A stretch of 64,000 nt of DNA. It comes from Candidatus Hydrogenedentota bacterium. Lineage in GTDB: Bacteria > Hydrogenedentota > Hydrogenedentia > Hydrogenedentales > SLHB01. Within the stretch, counting starts at the first letter, position 1, and each line of letters opens with the position of its first letter. A model generated the notes under the pieces. That model saw only the letters and a program-made list of their open reading frames with translations. It did not search any database and was not told the origin of the DNA. The stretch is from NCBI GenBank assembly GCA_963745075.1, contig CAVUWV010000010.1, forward strand, positions 288,001 through 352,000, read 5' to 3'. The translations under genes were made by a program, and so were the position numbers. Positions 1-10,545 of this stretch are shown here, piece after piece.

Positions 1-1
1 C

Positions 2-205
2 CCGCCCGAGCTCCTGGGCGAAGTCATGCAGTTCAATCCCAAAGGCATGCGGACCGCCACGCTAACCGCCCACGAGGAATGCTGGGTCATCCGGTTCCCG
101 TGGACCGATTTCTGGAACACCCTCATGATGAACTTCAGCGAGAACGAAGTCGCCAAAGTCCGCGAAGTCCTCGAAGATCGCGCCTGGGAACATTTCACCG
201 CTTAG
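2..205 (+). CDS. 3' end of a cyclic-nucleotide-binding (cNMP) domain protein (partial, 5' end outside window)
   Basis: Manual translation of frame 2: PPELLGEVMQFNPKGMRTATLTAHEECWVIRF...EHFTA*. GE...RTAT is the cNMP-binding signature. Stop TAG at 203-205. Confidence 0.6.
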   Translation, partial: PPELLGEVMQFNPKGMRTATLTAHEECWVIRFPWTDFWNTLMMNFSENEVAKVREVLEDRAWEHFTA

Positions 206-441
206 GCTGTATTTCAAACTACGCCGGGGATGCTTTCGTGCGCGTGCCCGAGCGAATACCGGGTTAACACGACGTTCCGGCCGGAAGGGGCTGGGTGATC
301 AGTCGGATCGGACCGATCGGTCCGATCGAAGCGTGGACGCCTCGGCTCTCTCTTCCTTTTTGATCCCCATCCGGTTTTCCCGCATCATACGGCTAAGGCG
401 GGCAACGTTCGCACGGTGCCGCGCTTCAGGGGGAACAAGCA

Positions 442-3400
442 ATGGTTTTACGCGCGTATCATTCACTCACCGTTATTCTAATCTGTGCGGCACTTCTTGC
501 TGCCAATGGCGTAGCCATTGCTGGACCCGACACCAGCATCGTCTTGCCGACTGGCGCGACTGCGGTTGAGCAGTTTGCCGCGCGGGAAGTGCAACGCTAC
601 GTCTACGTCCGGACGGGTAGGTTGTTGCCCATCCAACAAACCGAAGCCGGCGTGGATGCGATCGTCATTGCGCAGAAGTCCAAGGTCCCTGAGCTGCGGG
701 ATTCGACAGCCGATCTTGGCGATCAAGACTATCTGCTGCGCACACGCATAGATGATGGGGGTCGCCGCGTCCTTTATCTCGTAGGAGGTTCCGATGTCGC
801 TACCCTGTACGCGGCATATCGTTTTGCGGAGCATCTTGGTATTCGCTTCTACCTGCACGGCGACGTGATTCCGGACCGGCAGATTCCCTTCAGTCTGCCG
901 GACCTCGACGAAAAGGCTTCGCCCTTGTTCCACCTGCGCGGCATCCAACCCTTCCACGATTTCCCGGAAGGACCGGACTGGTGGAACACCGACAACTACA
1001 AAGCCATCATCGGTCAGCTCCCCAAGCTGCGGATGAACTTCATCGGGCTGCACACCTATCCCGAGAAGCGGCCGAATGCCGAGCCGACCGTCTGGATCGG
1101 AATGGAAAAAGACGTCGAACCGGAAGGGGACGTCGCGTTCAGCTATCCCGCGAGTTACTACAACACGGCCCTGGACGTGAATTGGGGATTCAAACCCAAG
1201 AAGACGAGCGATTATCTCTGCGGCGGCGCTGTTCTCTTCGACCGCGATGACTACGGCTCGGAGGTTATGCGGGATTTGACGCCCCAGCCCACCGAGGCGG
1301 CGGCGTGCAACGAGGTGTTCGACCGCACGGGCAACCTGCTCAACGAAGCGTTTTCATACGCAACCAAACTCGGCGTGAAAACCTGCGTCGGCACGGAAAC
1401 CCCGCTCGTCATCCCCGAACGCGTCCAAGATCGAATGGAAGCCGGTCAGAGCACGGAAGACCTCTACACCGGCATCTTCACCCGCATTATGAACGCCTAC
1501 CCCATCGACTACTACTGGTTCTGGACCCCCGAGGGCTGGACCTGGGAAGGCACGACCGAGGAAGATACGCAAAAGACCATCGACGACATCCTCGCCGCGA
1601 AAGCCGCTGCCGAACGCGTGGGCGCGCCGTTCCAACTCGCCACCTGCGGTTGGGTCTTGGGTCCGCAATTCGACCGCGCCTACCTCGACAAAGTGTTGCC
1701 CAAGGAATTCGCCGTGAGCTGCATCAACCGGGCCGTCGGCCACGACCCCGTGGAACCGGCCTTCGCGGAGATCACCGGCCGCGAGCAGTGGGCGATCCCT
1801 TGGCTCGAAGACGATCCCGCCATGACCTCGCCGCAACTGTGGGTCGGTCGCATGCGCCGCGACGCCCGCGACGCGCTCGAGTACGGGTGCACCGGGCTCA
1901 TGGGCATCCACTGGCGCACGCGCATCCTCGGCCCGAACGTTGCCGCCCTCGCACAAGCCGCGTGGGATCAGTCCGGCTGGTCCGACTCCCCGCCGGTGAC
2001 GGGTCCCGTCGGTGGGCGTGTCGCGCAGTTTGGTCAGGATTTCGCTGATACGGCCGACGATGCCCTGTACCGATCCGTTCGCTACGACATGTCGGCCTAC
2101 CGTGTCGTCGTGCCGAACGATACCTATACCGTGACCCTCTACTTTTGCGAACCCCACTACCGCGAAGCCGGCAAGCGCGTCTTCGGTTACAAAGTCGAGA
2201 ACACGCCGCCCGTCGAGCATCTCGATGTGCTGGCGGCCGTGGGACCCGATCGCGCGCTGGTCAAGATCATCGACAACGTGACCGTTGACGACGGCGTGCT
2301 CGACATCGACTTCATCAAGGAAATGGAATTCCCCTGCATCGCCGCGATTGCCGTGGAAGGGGAGAACTTCGCCCAACGCATCAACTGCGGCGGCGGCGCG
2401 TATCACGACTTCATCGCCGATCCCGCTCCGGTATCCGTCAACCCCAAGTCCGACGATTTCTACCTGGACTGGGCCACCCACGAGTTCGGCCCCGAAATCG
2501 GCGAAGACGCGGCGCGAATTTTCAGTCGCATCGACGACAACCTGCCCCGTCCCTCCAACTGGATCGGCGGCCCGGGCGGTTATACCTCCGACGATCAACC
2601 CTGGGACAAGGTGAAAGAAGACTACGCCTTCGTCGACGAACTTGCCGCCCTACGCGACCGCATCACCACGCCCGGCAATCTCGCCCGGTTCGACTACTGG
2701 CTGAACAATCTCGAATACCTGCGCGCCACCGCCAAAGTTCGCTGTGCCTGGGGCGCCTTCAACGTCGCCATGAAATCCGTCGAGGAAAAAGCAATGTAAC
2801 GGCAAGTCACATTTCGCCTCAGCAGGACGACATCCAGTTCGCAACCCAACATCCCCCTCGACACTTCGTGTCTGCCCCCTTCAAAGGGGGAATTCCTCGC
2901 GTCCGCTTCGCGGCGCGGAATGGAACCGGAGGTGAGCTTCTATTTATCCCAGGTGGCGTAGAAGCACAGTTGGACGGCGAAACAATTCCCCCTTTGAAGG
3001 GGGATCAAGGGGGATGTTCTTCCTATATTGCGATGTTCGATCAACAACGACATTCTCCCCGGACATGCGTCACCGCATCGAGTTCACCAGCAACCGTACA
3101 AAGCGCCATCGACCCGGACGTACGCGGGGGTATTACTCCCCCTTTGAAGGGGGATCAAGGGGGATGTTCTTCCTACATCGTGATGTTCGATCGACAACAA
3201 CATTCTCAGCGCATACGCGTAACTGCATCGAGCCCAACAAAAGCCGAACTCGCCCGCAAAACGGCGTTGCCCCGATGGAACGACCTACTCGACAGCGTCC
3301 GCGAAATGTACGGCTACCTCCTCGCCACCGTCAACACCACCGGCGCCATGGGCACCGTCTGCAACTGGGAACAACACACCTTCCCCGCACTCCTCGACGA

Positions 3401-3791
3401 ATCCGCCGCTAAACTCACCGAAGCCCCTCGGCGAACCCGTCTCCGCCGCCAAAGCCTCGGCCAGACCTACGATGCCGAACCCCGTATCATCGTCCCCGCT
3501 ATCCGCACCGCCATCTCGCCCGGCGAAGATTTGGTTGTCCCCATCATCATGCTTGACAGCGACCCGCCTCAAGAAGTCCTCGTCCACTTCCGCCCCCTCG
3601 GCACCAAGAAGTACACGACCGAACCCGCCGACCCCGTCGGGCGCAACACGTATCAGGCCACCATCCCCGCCGGGGACCTCCCGGCCCCCGGCCTCGAATA
3701 CCACCTCGAAGCCGAGACGGACACGCGAGGGACAATCCAGTGGCCCGCAGGCGTGGGAATGATTGACCAAACCGTGATTCAGGGACCGTGA
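442..3791 (+). CDS. Secreted glycoside-hydrolase-like protein (GH67/GH89-like N-terminus, malectin-like domain), split by a frameshift at ~2786-2790 and carrying a repeat insertion (~2790-3240)
   Basis: ORF 442-2799 has a signal peptide, the ATLYAAYRFAEHLGIRFYLHGD and LRGIQPFHDFPEGPDWW motifs, and malectin-like VTLYFCEP...GKRVF. The C-terminal part (AELARKTALPRW...WPAG) lies in ORF 2868-3791, whose frame is already open from the A5 run at 2786-2790. Confidence 0.7.
2848..3018. repeat. Paired palindromic element (family A: ACATCCCCCTTGATCCCCCTTCAAAGGGGG ... CCCCCTTTGAAGGGGGATCAAGGGGGATGT), with an extra right arm at 3137-3168
   Basis: The arms are inverted copies of each other. The same family occurs at 20918-21103 and 22831-22992. 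Confidence 0.85.
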
Positions 3792-3792
3792 A

Positions 3793-4377
3793 TTATTTGG
3801 TGGCCTTGACCAGATCCCGAGACTCTTTCTGGATTGTATGCGAAAAATTTAGAGTATCGTGCATGCTCACAAATTCTTCTATGTTACGATGCAGATCCTG
3901 ATCGCCGTGATTCGCGGCCTTCGTGTTCGTAATAATCTCCCGCACAACTTCGCGCATTTCGTGGCACACTTTTGCCATCATTTCCAAATCGGGAAAGACC
4001 ACCCGTTCCGTCGTGTTGAACTCGTTGTGGACCATATATTTGTCTCTAGCGGTTTTTACTTCTTTCCAAAACGCGTCGTATTTTGCAGCACTCAGTCCCG
4101 CACTATTGTGCAACCTTTGCCGGGCACACGCCTCTGTAACACCTGCTAGGGATCCGGCAAGAAAAAGTCTCGTGTAGTGACTGGGTTCTCGCTTTCCACC
4201 AAAAACTTTACACCAATATATAACGCATAATTCTCCATAACTGTTTTGAGTAAACTTCCAAACCGACTTTTTGGCACCAGATACTACATCAAAGTAGTGG
4301 GCCAAACGGACGCACCGCTGACACAAAACGTCAATGTTCCACAATAGTAATAGCTGGTCATGGGTAAGTTGTGTCAT
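3793..4377 (-). CDS. HEPN-domain protein (AbiU2-like), putative RNase/defence effector
   Basis: 194 aa, predicted helical, RDKYMVH (R-x5-H) motif. Visibly more AT-rich than its neighbours. Confidence 0.6.
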   Translation of the reverse strand: MTQLTHDQLLLLWNIDVLCQRCVRLAHYFDVVSGAKKSVWKFTQNSYGELCVIYWCKVFGGKREPSHYTRLFLAGSLAGVTEACARQRLHNSAGLSAAKYDAFWKEVKTARDKYMVHNEFNTTERVVFPDLEMMAKVCHEMREVVREIITNTKAANHGDQDLHRNIEEFVSMHDTLNFSHTIQKESRDLVKATK

Positions 4378-4741
4378 GCGAACCCTCCGCGTAACTCCTG
4401 CCTCGCAGGTCTATTCAATGGTTCCACAAGCGACGAACATGGCTTGGCACCTTACAAGCGATCCGCTCAGTTTTGATGACAACTGCGGTCGACCAAAACT
4501 GACTCAAATCACCGCATGAATTTCCATACCTCAACTTCCTGCGGTTCCTGATTTCCTCCTTCGATCATTTTCCCAGCGAGAATTCTCGAAACTGGTGAGT
4601 GCACTGCGCTAGAATGCGGTATCACTATTTTTTTGAAACGGCGATCTTCCTTCCTCGCAATACGCGGTCTAATTCCCTATCCATTCTTCTGGAGCTAGCT
4701 GGGACACGTCTCCGACCTCGGTTTGGCAACTCGGGAGCAGG

Positions 4742-7700
4742 CTACGGGAAAGTACCAATGCGTTCTTTGTCCTCCGGCACATCCAGAAATTTGGGAACAC
4801 TGAGGGTTCTAAGTGGTGGCGCTTCATACGTTCGGCTAAACTGGGTTGCGACCGTGTTTGTGTTACCTGCTGTGTCTTGCGCCAGATCTCCCGCCATATC
4901 TGCCGTCACCAAGCCGTTCCCTGCCGGTGTAAGGTCAAAAGAGTAGCTTGCACCGTTGCCAGCGAATCCTCCAACCGCCCCATTGCCGGCAGTGATATCG
5001 CCCGCTTCGAATCCCGTCACCGGTTCGCTGAACGTCACGGTGACATGAATCGGCCTTGAGTTTGTCGGGTCCGGGGACGTAGAACTCATGGTTACCGTGG
5101 GCGGCGTGTTGTCCACATTGAACGTCTCGCTTGGTCCTGCAGGATCGGCCTCGTTCCCAGCTGAGTCAGATGCTGTTCCCGCGCCAGTGCTGAACCCCAA
5201 TGTTCCGTCTCCCGTTATATCGGAGACGGTCACGTAACGTGACACATCGCCCGTCCCCGACACCGTTACCGTCCCGTTAGCCGTCCCCGTTTTGTTCAAT
5301 GTGACCTCCGAGGATACGAGCGTCACAGTGTTCGCGTCGATATAAGTGACCTCATACTCCACAGGGCCCGTGTTTGCCACGACAACCGATGGCGGTCCAA
5401 TGCTGACCCCCGGCGGGGTGGTATCATACGCCCGGCCGAACTGGATTCCGGCCGTGTTCGCGTTGCCTGCTTCGTCTTGCGCCACACCTCCCGCGATATC
5501 TGCCGCGACCAAGCCCTCACCCACCGGCGTCAAGTCGAAGGAATAGTACCTACCAGTACCAGCGAAATTCCCAATGATTCCGTTGTCGGGTGTGATGTCC
5601 GATGCATCAAAGCCAAACACCGGCTCGCTGAACGCTACGGTGACGGCGATCGGGGATACGTTCGTCGGATTAGATTCAGTTGAATCTATCGATACAGTTG
5701 GAGCCGTGGTATCCACCGTGATCGCAAAAGCCGCGGAAGCGGACCAGTTGGTCGCAGCGTCTTGTTCCTGCACATAGAGGGTGTGGCTGCCTTCCGTTAG
5801 CGGTACAATCGACGTGTATGAGAGGCTGGTCGTCTGTGTCCAGGTTCCGGCTTGGCTATCCAACTGATACCGGAATGTGCCGCTGCCACCACCTCCCCCT
5901 GACGCCCACGACCACGTAGGCGTCGGCTCGTTGGTGGGAGTTGGTCCCGTCATGTTTGGAGCATTAGGAGCCGTGGTATCCAGCACGATGGTTATCGTCG
6001 CCGCATTACCCTCAACCACGCCATTATATGCGCTGACGGCAAATGTGTTCATCCCGCTGGCAAGAGCGCCGCCGGTATAAGACCAAGTATTCTCTCCGCG
6101 AGTATAGTTCACGCCGCTGGAACCGCCATTGACATGGATGGCGAACGAGGATGGGTCGCAGGTTCCCGATAGGACCACAGGCGCAGGGTCATTTGTCGCG
6201 TAACTAACGCCGCCATGCGGAGATAGGATCACTGGCACCGGCAGGTTTACGGCAAACATTTGGATGCGAGAGTTTCCAGAATCCGTCACGTAGACGATTC
6301 CCTTACTGTTCACGGCCACTCCACTTGGCCAATAGAATTGGCCGTTGCCAGGCCCTTTGGCACCCCATTCCGTGATGGCTGTGCCTGCGGGTGTGAGTTT
6401 TTCGATACGGTTGTTGCCGAGGTCCGCGACATAGACGTTACCGACACTGTCTACAGCCACATTCCACGACGGCGGGTCAACCGCGCTGCCTGGGTACGTT
6501 GCATATGTGCCCCATTGCGTAATATATGTACCGTCGGGCGTGAACTTCTGGACGCGATGATTAAGGGTGTCCGCGACGTAGACGTTATTCGAATTGTCCA
6601 CTGCCACGCCCCGGGGAGAGCGGAATTGACCATTGCTACTTCCAGACGCACCCCATTGCGTTATATATATGCCGTCGGACGTGAACTTCTGGACGCGATG
6701 ATTGTTGGTGTCCGTGACGTAGACGTTACCTAAACTGTCCACCGCTACGCCGGAGGGAGAATTGAATTGCCCATTACTGAAACCAGCAGTACCCCATTTT
6801 GTTATATAGTTACCTGTTTGTGTGAATTTTTGAATGCGATAGTTCTTCGCGTCGGAAACGTAAACGTTGTTCAGACTGTCCACAGCCACACTCACGGGAA
6901 AGTCGAATTGACCGTTGTTGGTCCCTGACGTGCCCCATTGCATTACATATGTGCCGTTAGGATCGAACTTCTGGATGCGGTCATTGCGGGTGTCCGCAAC
7001 GTACACGTTATCCGAGTAGTCAATGGTGATGGCGTGTGCGTTGTTGAATTGTCCATTGCCACTGCCTTGATGATTTCCTCCCCATTGATCTCGATAGCCT
7101 CCAGCGGGATCAAGTTTTAGGACGCGGTAATGGGCGTCATCCGTGACGAGCACGTTGTCTAGCGCATCAACCGCTATACCGCTGGTCCAGGCGAATTGTA
7201 GATTACCTGTTGCCGTACCGCTCCATTCCAGCAGTAACGTACCGTCAGGTGTAAACTTATGGATGAGGCGATTGTTCCCCTGTGAAACATAGACGTTTCC
7301 CGAACTGTCTACCGCCACGTCATAGGGAACACCAAATGGCGCACCGCTGACTCCCGGCGTACTCCATTGCGTTATGTAACCACCCGTTGAAGTAAACTTC
7401 TGAACACGGTTGTTGCCGTCGTCTGTGACGTAGACGTTGCCTGAACTGTCCACCGCCACACCCATAGGATAGTCGAATTGCCCGTCATCGCTTCCGTGAA
7501 TACCCCACTGGGTCATATATGTTCCACCTGACGTGAATTTTTGGATACGATGATTATAGGTATCTGCGACATAGACATTATTCGAAATATCTATAGCTAT
7601 GCCGTGGACATAATCGAACTGCCCATCGAGGTTCCCTCGCGTCCCCCATTGTGTGACGTACGTGCCACTGCCGTCAAACTTCTGAATACGATGATTGTAA

Positions 7701-8041
7701 GTGTCTGCAACATAAACGTTTCCCGAACTGTCCACCGCCACGCCCATGCCGCCGATTTCCCAGCACATGAGGCAGTTTCCACCGGCATCCACTTTCTGAA
7801 TCCAACCGCGGCTGTTTTCCAGTATGTAAACGTGGCCGGACGAGTGGTCAAAGGCTACATCAGACGGATGTACCAAGGACATTCCGCTTGGCCAGTGGTG
7901 TATGTAGGAGTATGCTTGTCCTCTTACTGGACTTGCCGCTATAACTTCCAAAAGGACAATCACCGAAAGTAGGACCAACTCACCCCTCGCAGCTTTCAGA
8001 TCCCAACGTTGAAATCGCGCGCATGTCTTCAAATTTCCCAT
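4742..8041 (-). CDS. Secreted NHL-repeat beta-propeller protein with C-terminal Ig-like domains
   Basis: About 12 repeats of GVAVDSSGNVYVADTYNHRIQKF, followed by DTTAP/VTFSEPV Ig-like repeats. Confidence 0.9.
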   Translation of the reverse strand: MGNLKTCARFQRWDLKAARGELVLLSVIVLLEVIAASPVRGQAYSYIHHWPSGMSLVHPSDVAFDHSSGHVYILENSRGWIQKVDAGGNCLMCWEIGGMGVAVDSSGNVYVADTYNHRIQKFDGSGTYVTQWGTRGNLDGQFDYVHGIAIDISNNVYVADTYNHRIQKFTSGGTYMTQWGIHGSDDGQFDYPMGVAVDSSGNVYVTDDGNNRVQKFTSTGGYITQWSTPGVSGAPFGVPYDVAVDSSGNVYVSQGNNRLIHKFTPDGTLLLEWSGTATGNLQFAWTSGIAVDALDNVLVTDDAHYRVLKLDPAGGYRDQWGGNHQGSGNGQFNNAHAITIDYSDNVYVADTRNDRIQKFDPNGTYVMQWGTSGTNNGQFDFPVSVAVDSLNNVYVSDAKNYRIQKFTQTGNYITKWGTAGFSNGQFNSPSGVAVDSLGNVYVTDTNNHRVQKFTSDGIYITQWGASGSSNGQFRSPRGVAVDNSNNVYVADTLNHRVQKFTPDGTYITQWGTYATYPGSAVDPPSWNVAVDSVGNVYVADLGNNRIEKLTPAGTAITEWGAKGPGNGQFYWPSGVAVNSKGIVYVTDSGNSRIQMFAVNLPVPVILSPHGGVSYATNDPAPVVLSGTCDPSSFAIHVNGGSSGVNYTRGENTWSYTGGALASGMNTFAVSAYNGVVEGNAATITIVLDTTAPNAPNMTGPTPTNEPTPTWSWASGGGGGSGTFRYQLDSQAGTWTQTTSLSYTSIVPLTEGSHTLYVQEQDAATNWSASAAFAITVDTTAPTVSIDSTESNPTNVSPIAVTVAFSEPVFGFDASDITPDNGIIGNFAGTGRYYSFDLTPVGEGLVAADIAGGVAQDEAGNANTAGIQFGRAYDTTPPGVSIGPPSVVVANTGPVEYEVTYIDANTVTLVSSEVTLNKTGTANGTVTVSGTGDVSRYVTVSDITGDGTLGFSTGAGTASDSAGNEADPAGPSETFNVDNTPPTVTMSSTSPDPTNSRPIHVTVTFSEPVTGFEAGDITAGNGAVGGFAGNGASYSFDLTPAGNGLVTADMAGDLAQDTAGNTNTVATQFSRTYEAPPLRTLSVPKFLDVPEDKERIGTFP

Positions 8042-8422
8042 GTATTGGCCGCTCCCCCTTATGCCGGACCTTGCACGTAGCCACTCGAGTCCACCGTTAC
8101 GGAGGCATCTCTTTCGACGTTGGAGTCGCCCACCTGCCTTGCCCAGACATAGTCACCTTCAACGGCGTGCGTTCCTGCCGCGCTCGGCGAGCGCACGAGT
8201 ACTTGTTTGACGCTTTGTCCCCATCCCCGCGCGGGGGAAATCGGGGGGAAATCAGGAACAGACCACGAAATTGCGCCTTCTTCGCCGCTCCTGTTGCCCG
8301 TTTCCGGCTTGCCGCTGCGTGCGGTCAACCCCATCGGCGTCATCCTCCGCGCACAGCGACTCCACCCAATTCCACTCAACGCTGGGCAGGTGGAGACACC
8401 TTTTATAGTTATAGTGCTGATA

Positions 8423-8887
8423 TTAATCGCTATTGTCAGTACTTTGATGCGAAAGTACAAGTTCGATATCACGTTGAAAGTAGAATCCAGCCGGGCAACT
8501 ACGCTCAATGATGCCTTCCTGTATGGCTATGCCAAAATGGGCGTGAGCACGTTCGAAACCGGGTACGTGCAGCCGTTGTATTAACACGAGAATCTCGTCT
8601 TTCGGCAACATAGCGTCCGCGATTAAAGATAGAAGGAGCACCAGTCCGTCTGGACCCAGGCAGCGGTCAAGTGCAAGGTCCTGAAGGGATAAACCCTCTT
8701 CACGCAGTTGCATCTTGTTGTATTGACACGATTCAAAAGGGCTTGCCGGCTTGTGGTGAACTAGGCGCAGTCCCTTGCCTTTTCGGATGCTGCCTTCCTT
8801 CCACATAGTCCATTCCACCCATCCATCCTTGGCGCGCTGGATTAGGTCGCCGCAAGAGTCACATGTCCAACTTCCCCGCGCGTTCAT
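8423..8887 (-). CDS. Hypothetical protein with N-terminal CxxC
   Basis: 154 aa ORF, GGAGG RBS upstream, WTCDSCG motif. Confidence 0.6.
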   Translation of the reverse strand: MNARGSWTCDSCGDLIQRAKDGWVEWTMWKEGSIRKGKGLRLVHHKPASPFESCQYNKMQLREEGLSLQDLALDRCLGPDGLVLLLSLIADAMLPKDEILVLIQRLHVPGFERAHAHFGIAIQEGIIERSCPAGFYFQRDIELVLSHQSTDNSD

Positions 8888-9256
8888 TGCTATCTCCCTC
8901 CAGTTATGCTTTGGACTGCGAGAATCTTCCGGAGAAGATCAGGGAAAACGAAATCCGGTCCTTTCCGCGGTTCTCGTTGCCCACGTTTGGCGAGGTGCGG
9001 AGGTCGGCCAGGTAGCTTCTCCGACGGGTCCACAAACCACGCGCGCGGCGCGGGGCCATCGGTTTGTTTGGTGTTGATTTGACAACGGATGCGGCCTGAC
9101 AACATCGATCATCCTTCGTGCGAAACCACTCCGCCCCGTTCTCCAAAACACCGGGCGGGCGGAAACTCCTTTTATAGTACCACGCCGCCGGCGTGGCTGG
9201 AACGTGCAAGCTGATTTCGGATTGCGGATTGGGCGGGCCAGAGAAATGTAGAGTCC

Positions 9257-9796
9257 TCATCGTCGGTCATCGCCTTTGTGGAACCCGATTTGCCGTTTCT
9301 TCGGCACTGCTTGGGGTGCCATGAGTTGACGTATCGCGGCGATGAGCGCGTGAATTTCCTGGTCGTGGCTGGCGAGTTTGCGCTCGATCCGTGCAAGTTT
9401 CTCGTTGATCTGCTTGTTCGCCGTAACCACTTCCCGGAGTTGCACGAACGCGCGCACGACAAACACGCTGACCTCTACCGCGCGCGGGGAATTGAGGACG
9501 CTTGCCGCCATGATCGCGCCATGTTCCGTGTAGGCATACGGAAGGTTCGGCGAATACTTAATCCGCGCAAGGTGGTCACAATTCGTGACCACCTCCTGCT
9601 TCTCCTCGGCCGTAAGTTGAAACGTGAAGTCCTCTGGAAACCGGTCTTGGTTCCGTTTCGCGGCCTGATTCAGGGCTTTGGTTGTAACGTCATACAATTG
9701 TGCGAGGTCGGCGTCGATGAGGACTTTTTTGCCCCGGATTAAGAGGATACGACTCGCAACTTTGTCAGTTTGTACCAACAATTCGTCCGCTGTCAC
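9257..9796 (-). CDS. ORF6N (KilA-N-like) domain DNA-binding protein
   Basis: IRGKKVLIDADLAQLY..LNQAAKRNQDRFPEDFTFQL..PYAYTEHGAIMAASVLNS..RQIGF. GTG start at 9796 after AGGAGGGAGG. Confidence 0.9.
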   Translation of the reverse strand: MTADELLVQTDKVASRILLIRGKKVLIDADLAQLYDVTTKALNQAAKRNQDRFPEDFTFQLTAEEKQEVVTNCDHLARIKYSPNLPYAYTEHGAIMAASVLNSPRAVEVSVFVVRAFVQLREVVTANKQINEKLARIERKLASHDQEIHALIAAIRQLMAPQAVPKKRQIGFHKGDDRR

Positions 9797-9818
9797 ACCA
9801 TAACCTCCCTCCTGATAA

Positions 9819-9989
9819 TTACTTACCAAGGTGGTCACTATTTGTGACCACCTTGGGGAAGACTAAGGGAGCAAACGAAATAGACCGCGCTCCTGCCATG
9901 TCCGCAACGACCCATAAGACATCTTGACCGTTGGCTTGCAGAGCCTCAACCGCGCAGAGTGGATAATTCTCGTTCGCCAGGAGTTTCAT
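9819..9989 (-). pseudogene. Truncated DUF5615-type PIN toxin
   Basis: Manual translation MKLLANENYPLCAVEALQANGQDVLWV... The ATG overlaps the DUF433 stop (ATGA). PIN similarity is lost after ~35 aa, and the stop comes at codon 57. Confidence 0.7.
9826..9856. promoter_or_regulatory. Perfect 13-bp inverted repeat CCAAGGTGGTCAC-N5-GTGACCACCTTGG upstream of ORF6N
   Basis: Seen directly. A near-identical palindrome lies inside the ORF6N gene at 9570-9594. Confidence 0.6.
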
Positions 9990-10216
9990 GGGTGAACGAG
10001 ATATACCTTCTCCGACTTGAGCTCGTCACTTGCGTAACGCAAACACGCGAGCACGTCTTCGTGGGTGACGCCAGGATAGTCTTCGAGGATTTGCTGCTCA
10101 GACCAACCCTCGGCGAGCAGGCCGACCACGAATTGGACGGATAAACGCGTTCCCCGGATAACCGGTTTGCCGACGAGTACCTTCGGATCGATGACGATTC
10201 TATCTTCCAAATTCAT
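9986..10216 (-). CDS. DUF433 family antitoxin
   Basis: RIVIDPKVLVGKPVIRGTRLSV..ILEDYPGVTHEDVLACLRYA. Confidence 0.9.
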   Translation of the reverse strand: MNLEDRIVIDPKVLVGKPVIRGTRLSVQFVVGLLAEGWSEQQILEDYPGVTHEDVLACLRYASDELKSEKVYLVHP

Positions 10217-10413
10217 TGCAGATTCTCCGCCCAGTCGCGGGGACCATCCAGGTTGAGTGAACGGGCGGTGTGCAGGAACGACTCCGTCGTTTGCGGAGCC
10301 GGTTCGACGGTTTCGATAGTAATTCGCACGCGGGTGTTGGGCTTCAAGACCAACGGCGATTCAGGGCGGAGGGCTTCCCCGTCATAAATAGCATCGACCG
10401 TCGTACCCATCAT
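10213..10413 (-). CDS. AF2212/DUF104-like antitoxin, possibly 3'-truncated
   Basis: TVDAIYDGEALRPESPLVLKPNTRVRITI..GPRDWAENL. Confidence 0.7.
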   Translation of the reverse strand: MMGTTVDAIYDGEALRPESPLVLKPNTRVRITIETVEPAPQTTESFLHTARSLNLDGPRDWAENLQ

Positions 10414-10545
10414 AGGTCTCCAAATTGGTTCGTGTATTTAGTATAGCAGATCCCGAGTTTCCAGTCAGCGGGCCAGTTACCCACTATTCTGGTCATAGGT
10501 TTCGATGTCGCGAGATCTCGCCGGCGCGTCTGTCCCCAAAAGCTT

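Noticed and set aside
2984..3240. Repeated ~36-bp palindromic unit as a CRISPR array
   Set aside because: Only two direct copies, the sequences after them are homologous rather than unique spacers, the unit is dispersed as inverted pairs elsewhere, and there are no cas genes.
6260..7740. ~141-bp periodic nucleotide repeats
   Set aside because: Fully explained by the NHL protein repeats.
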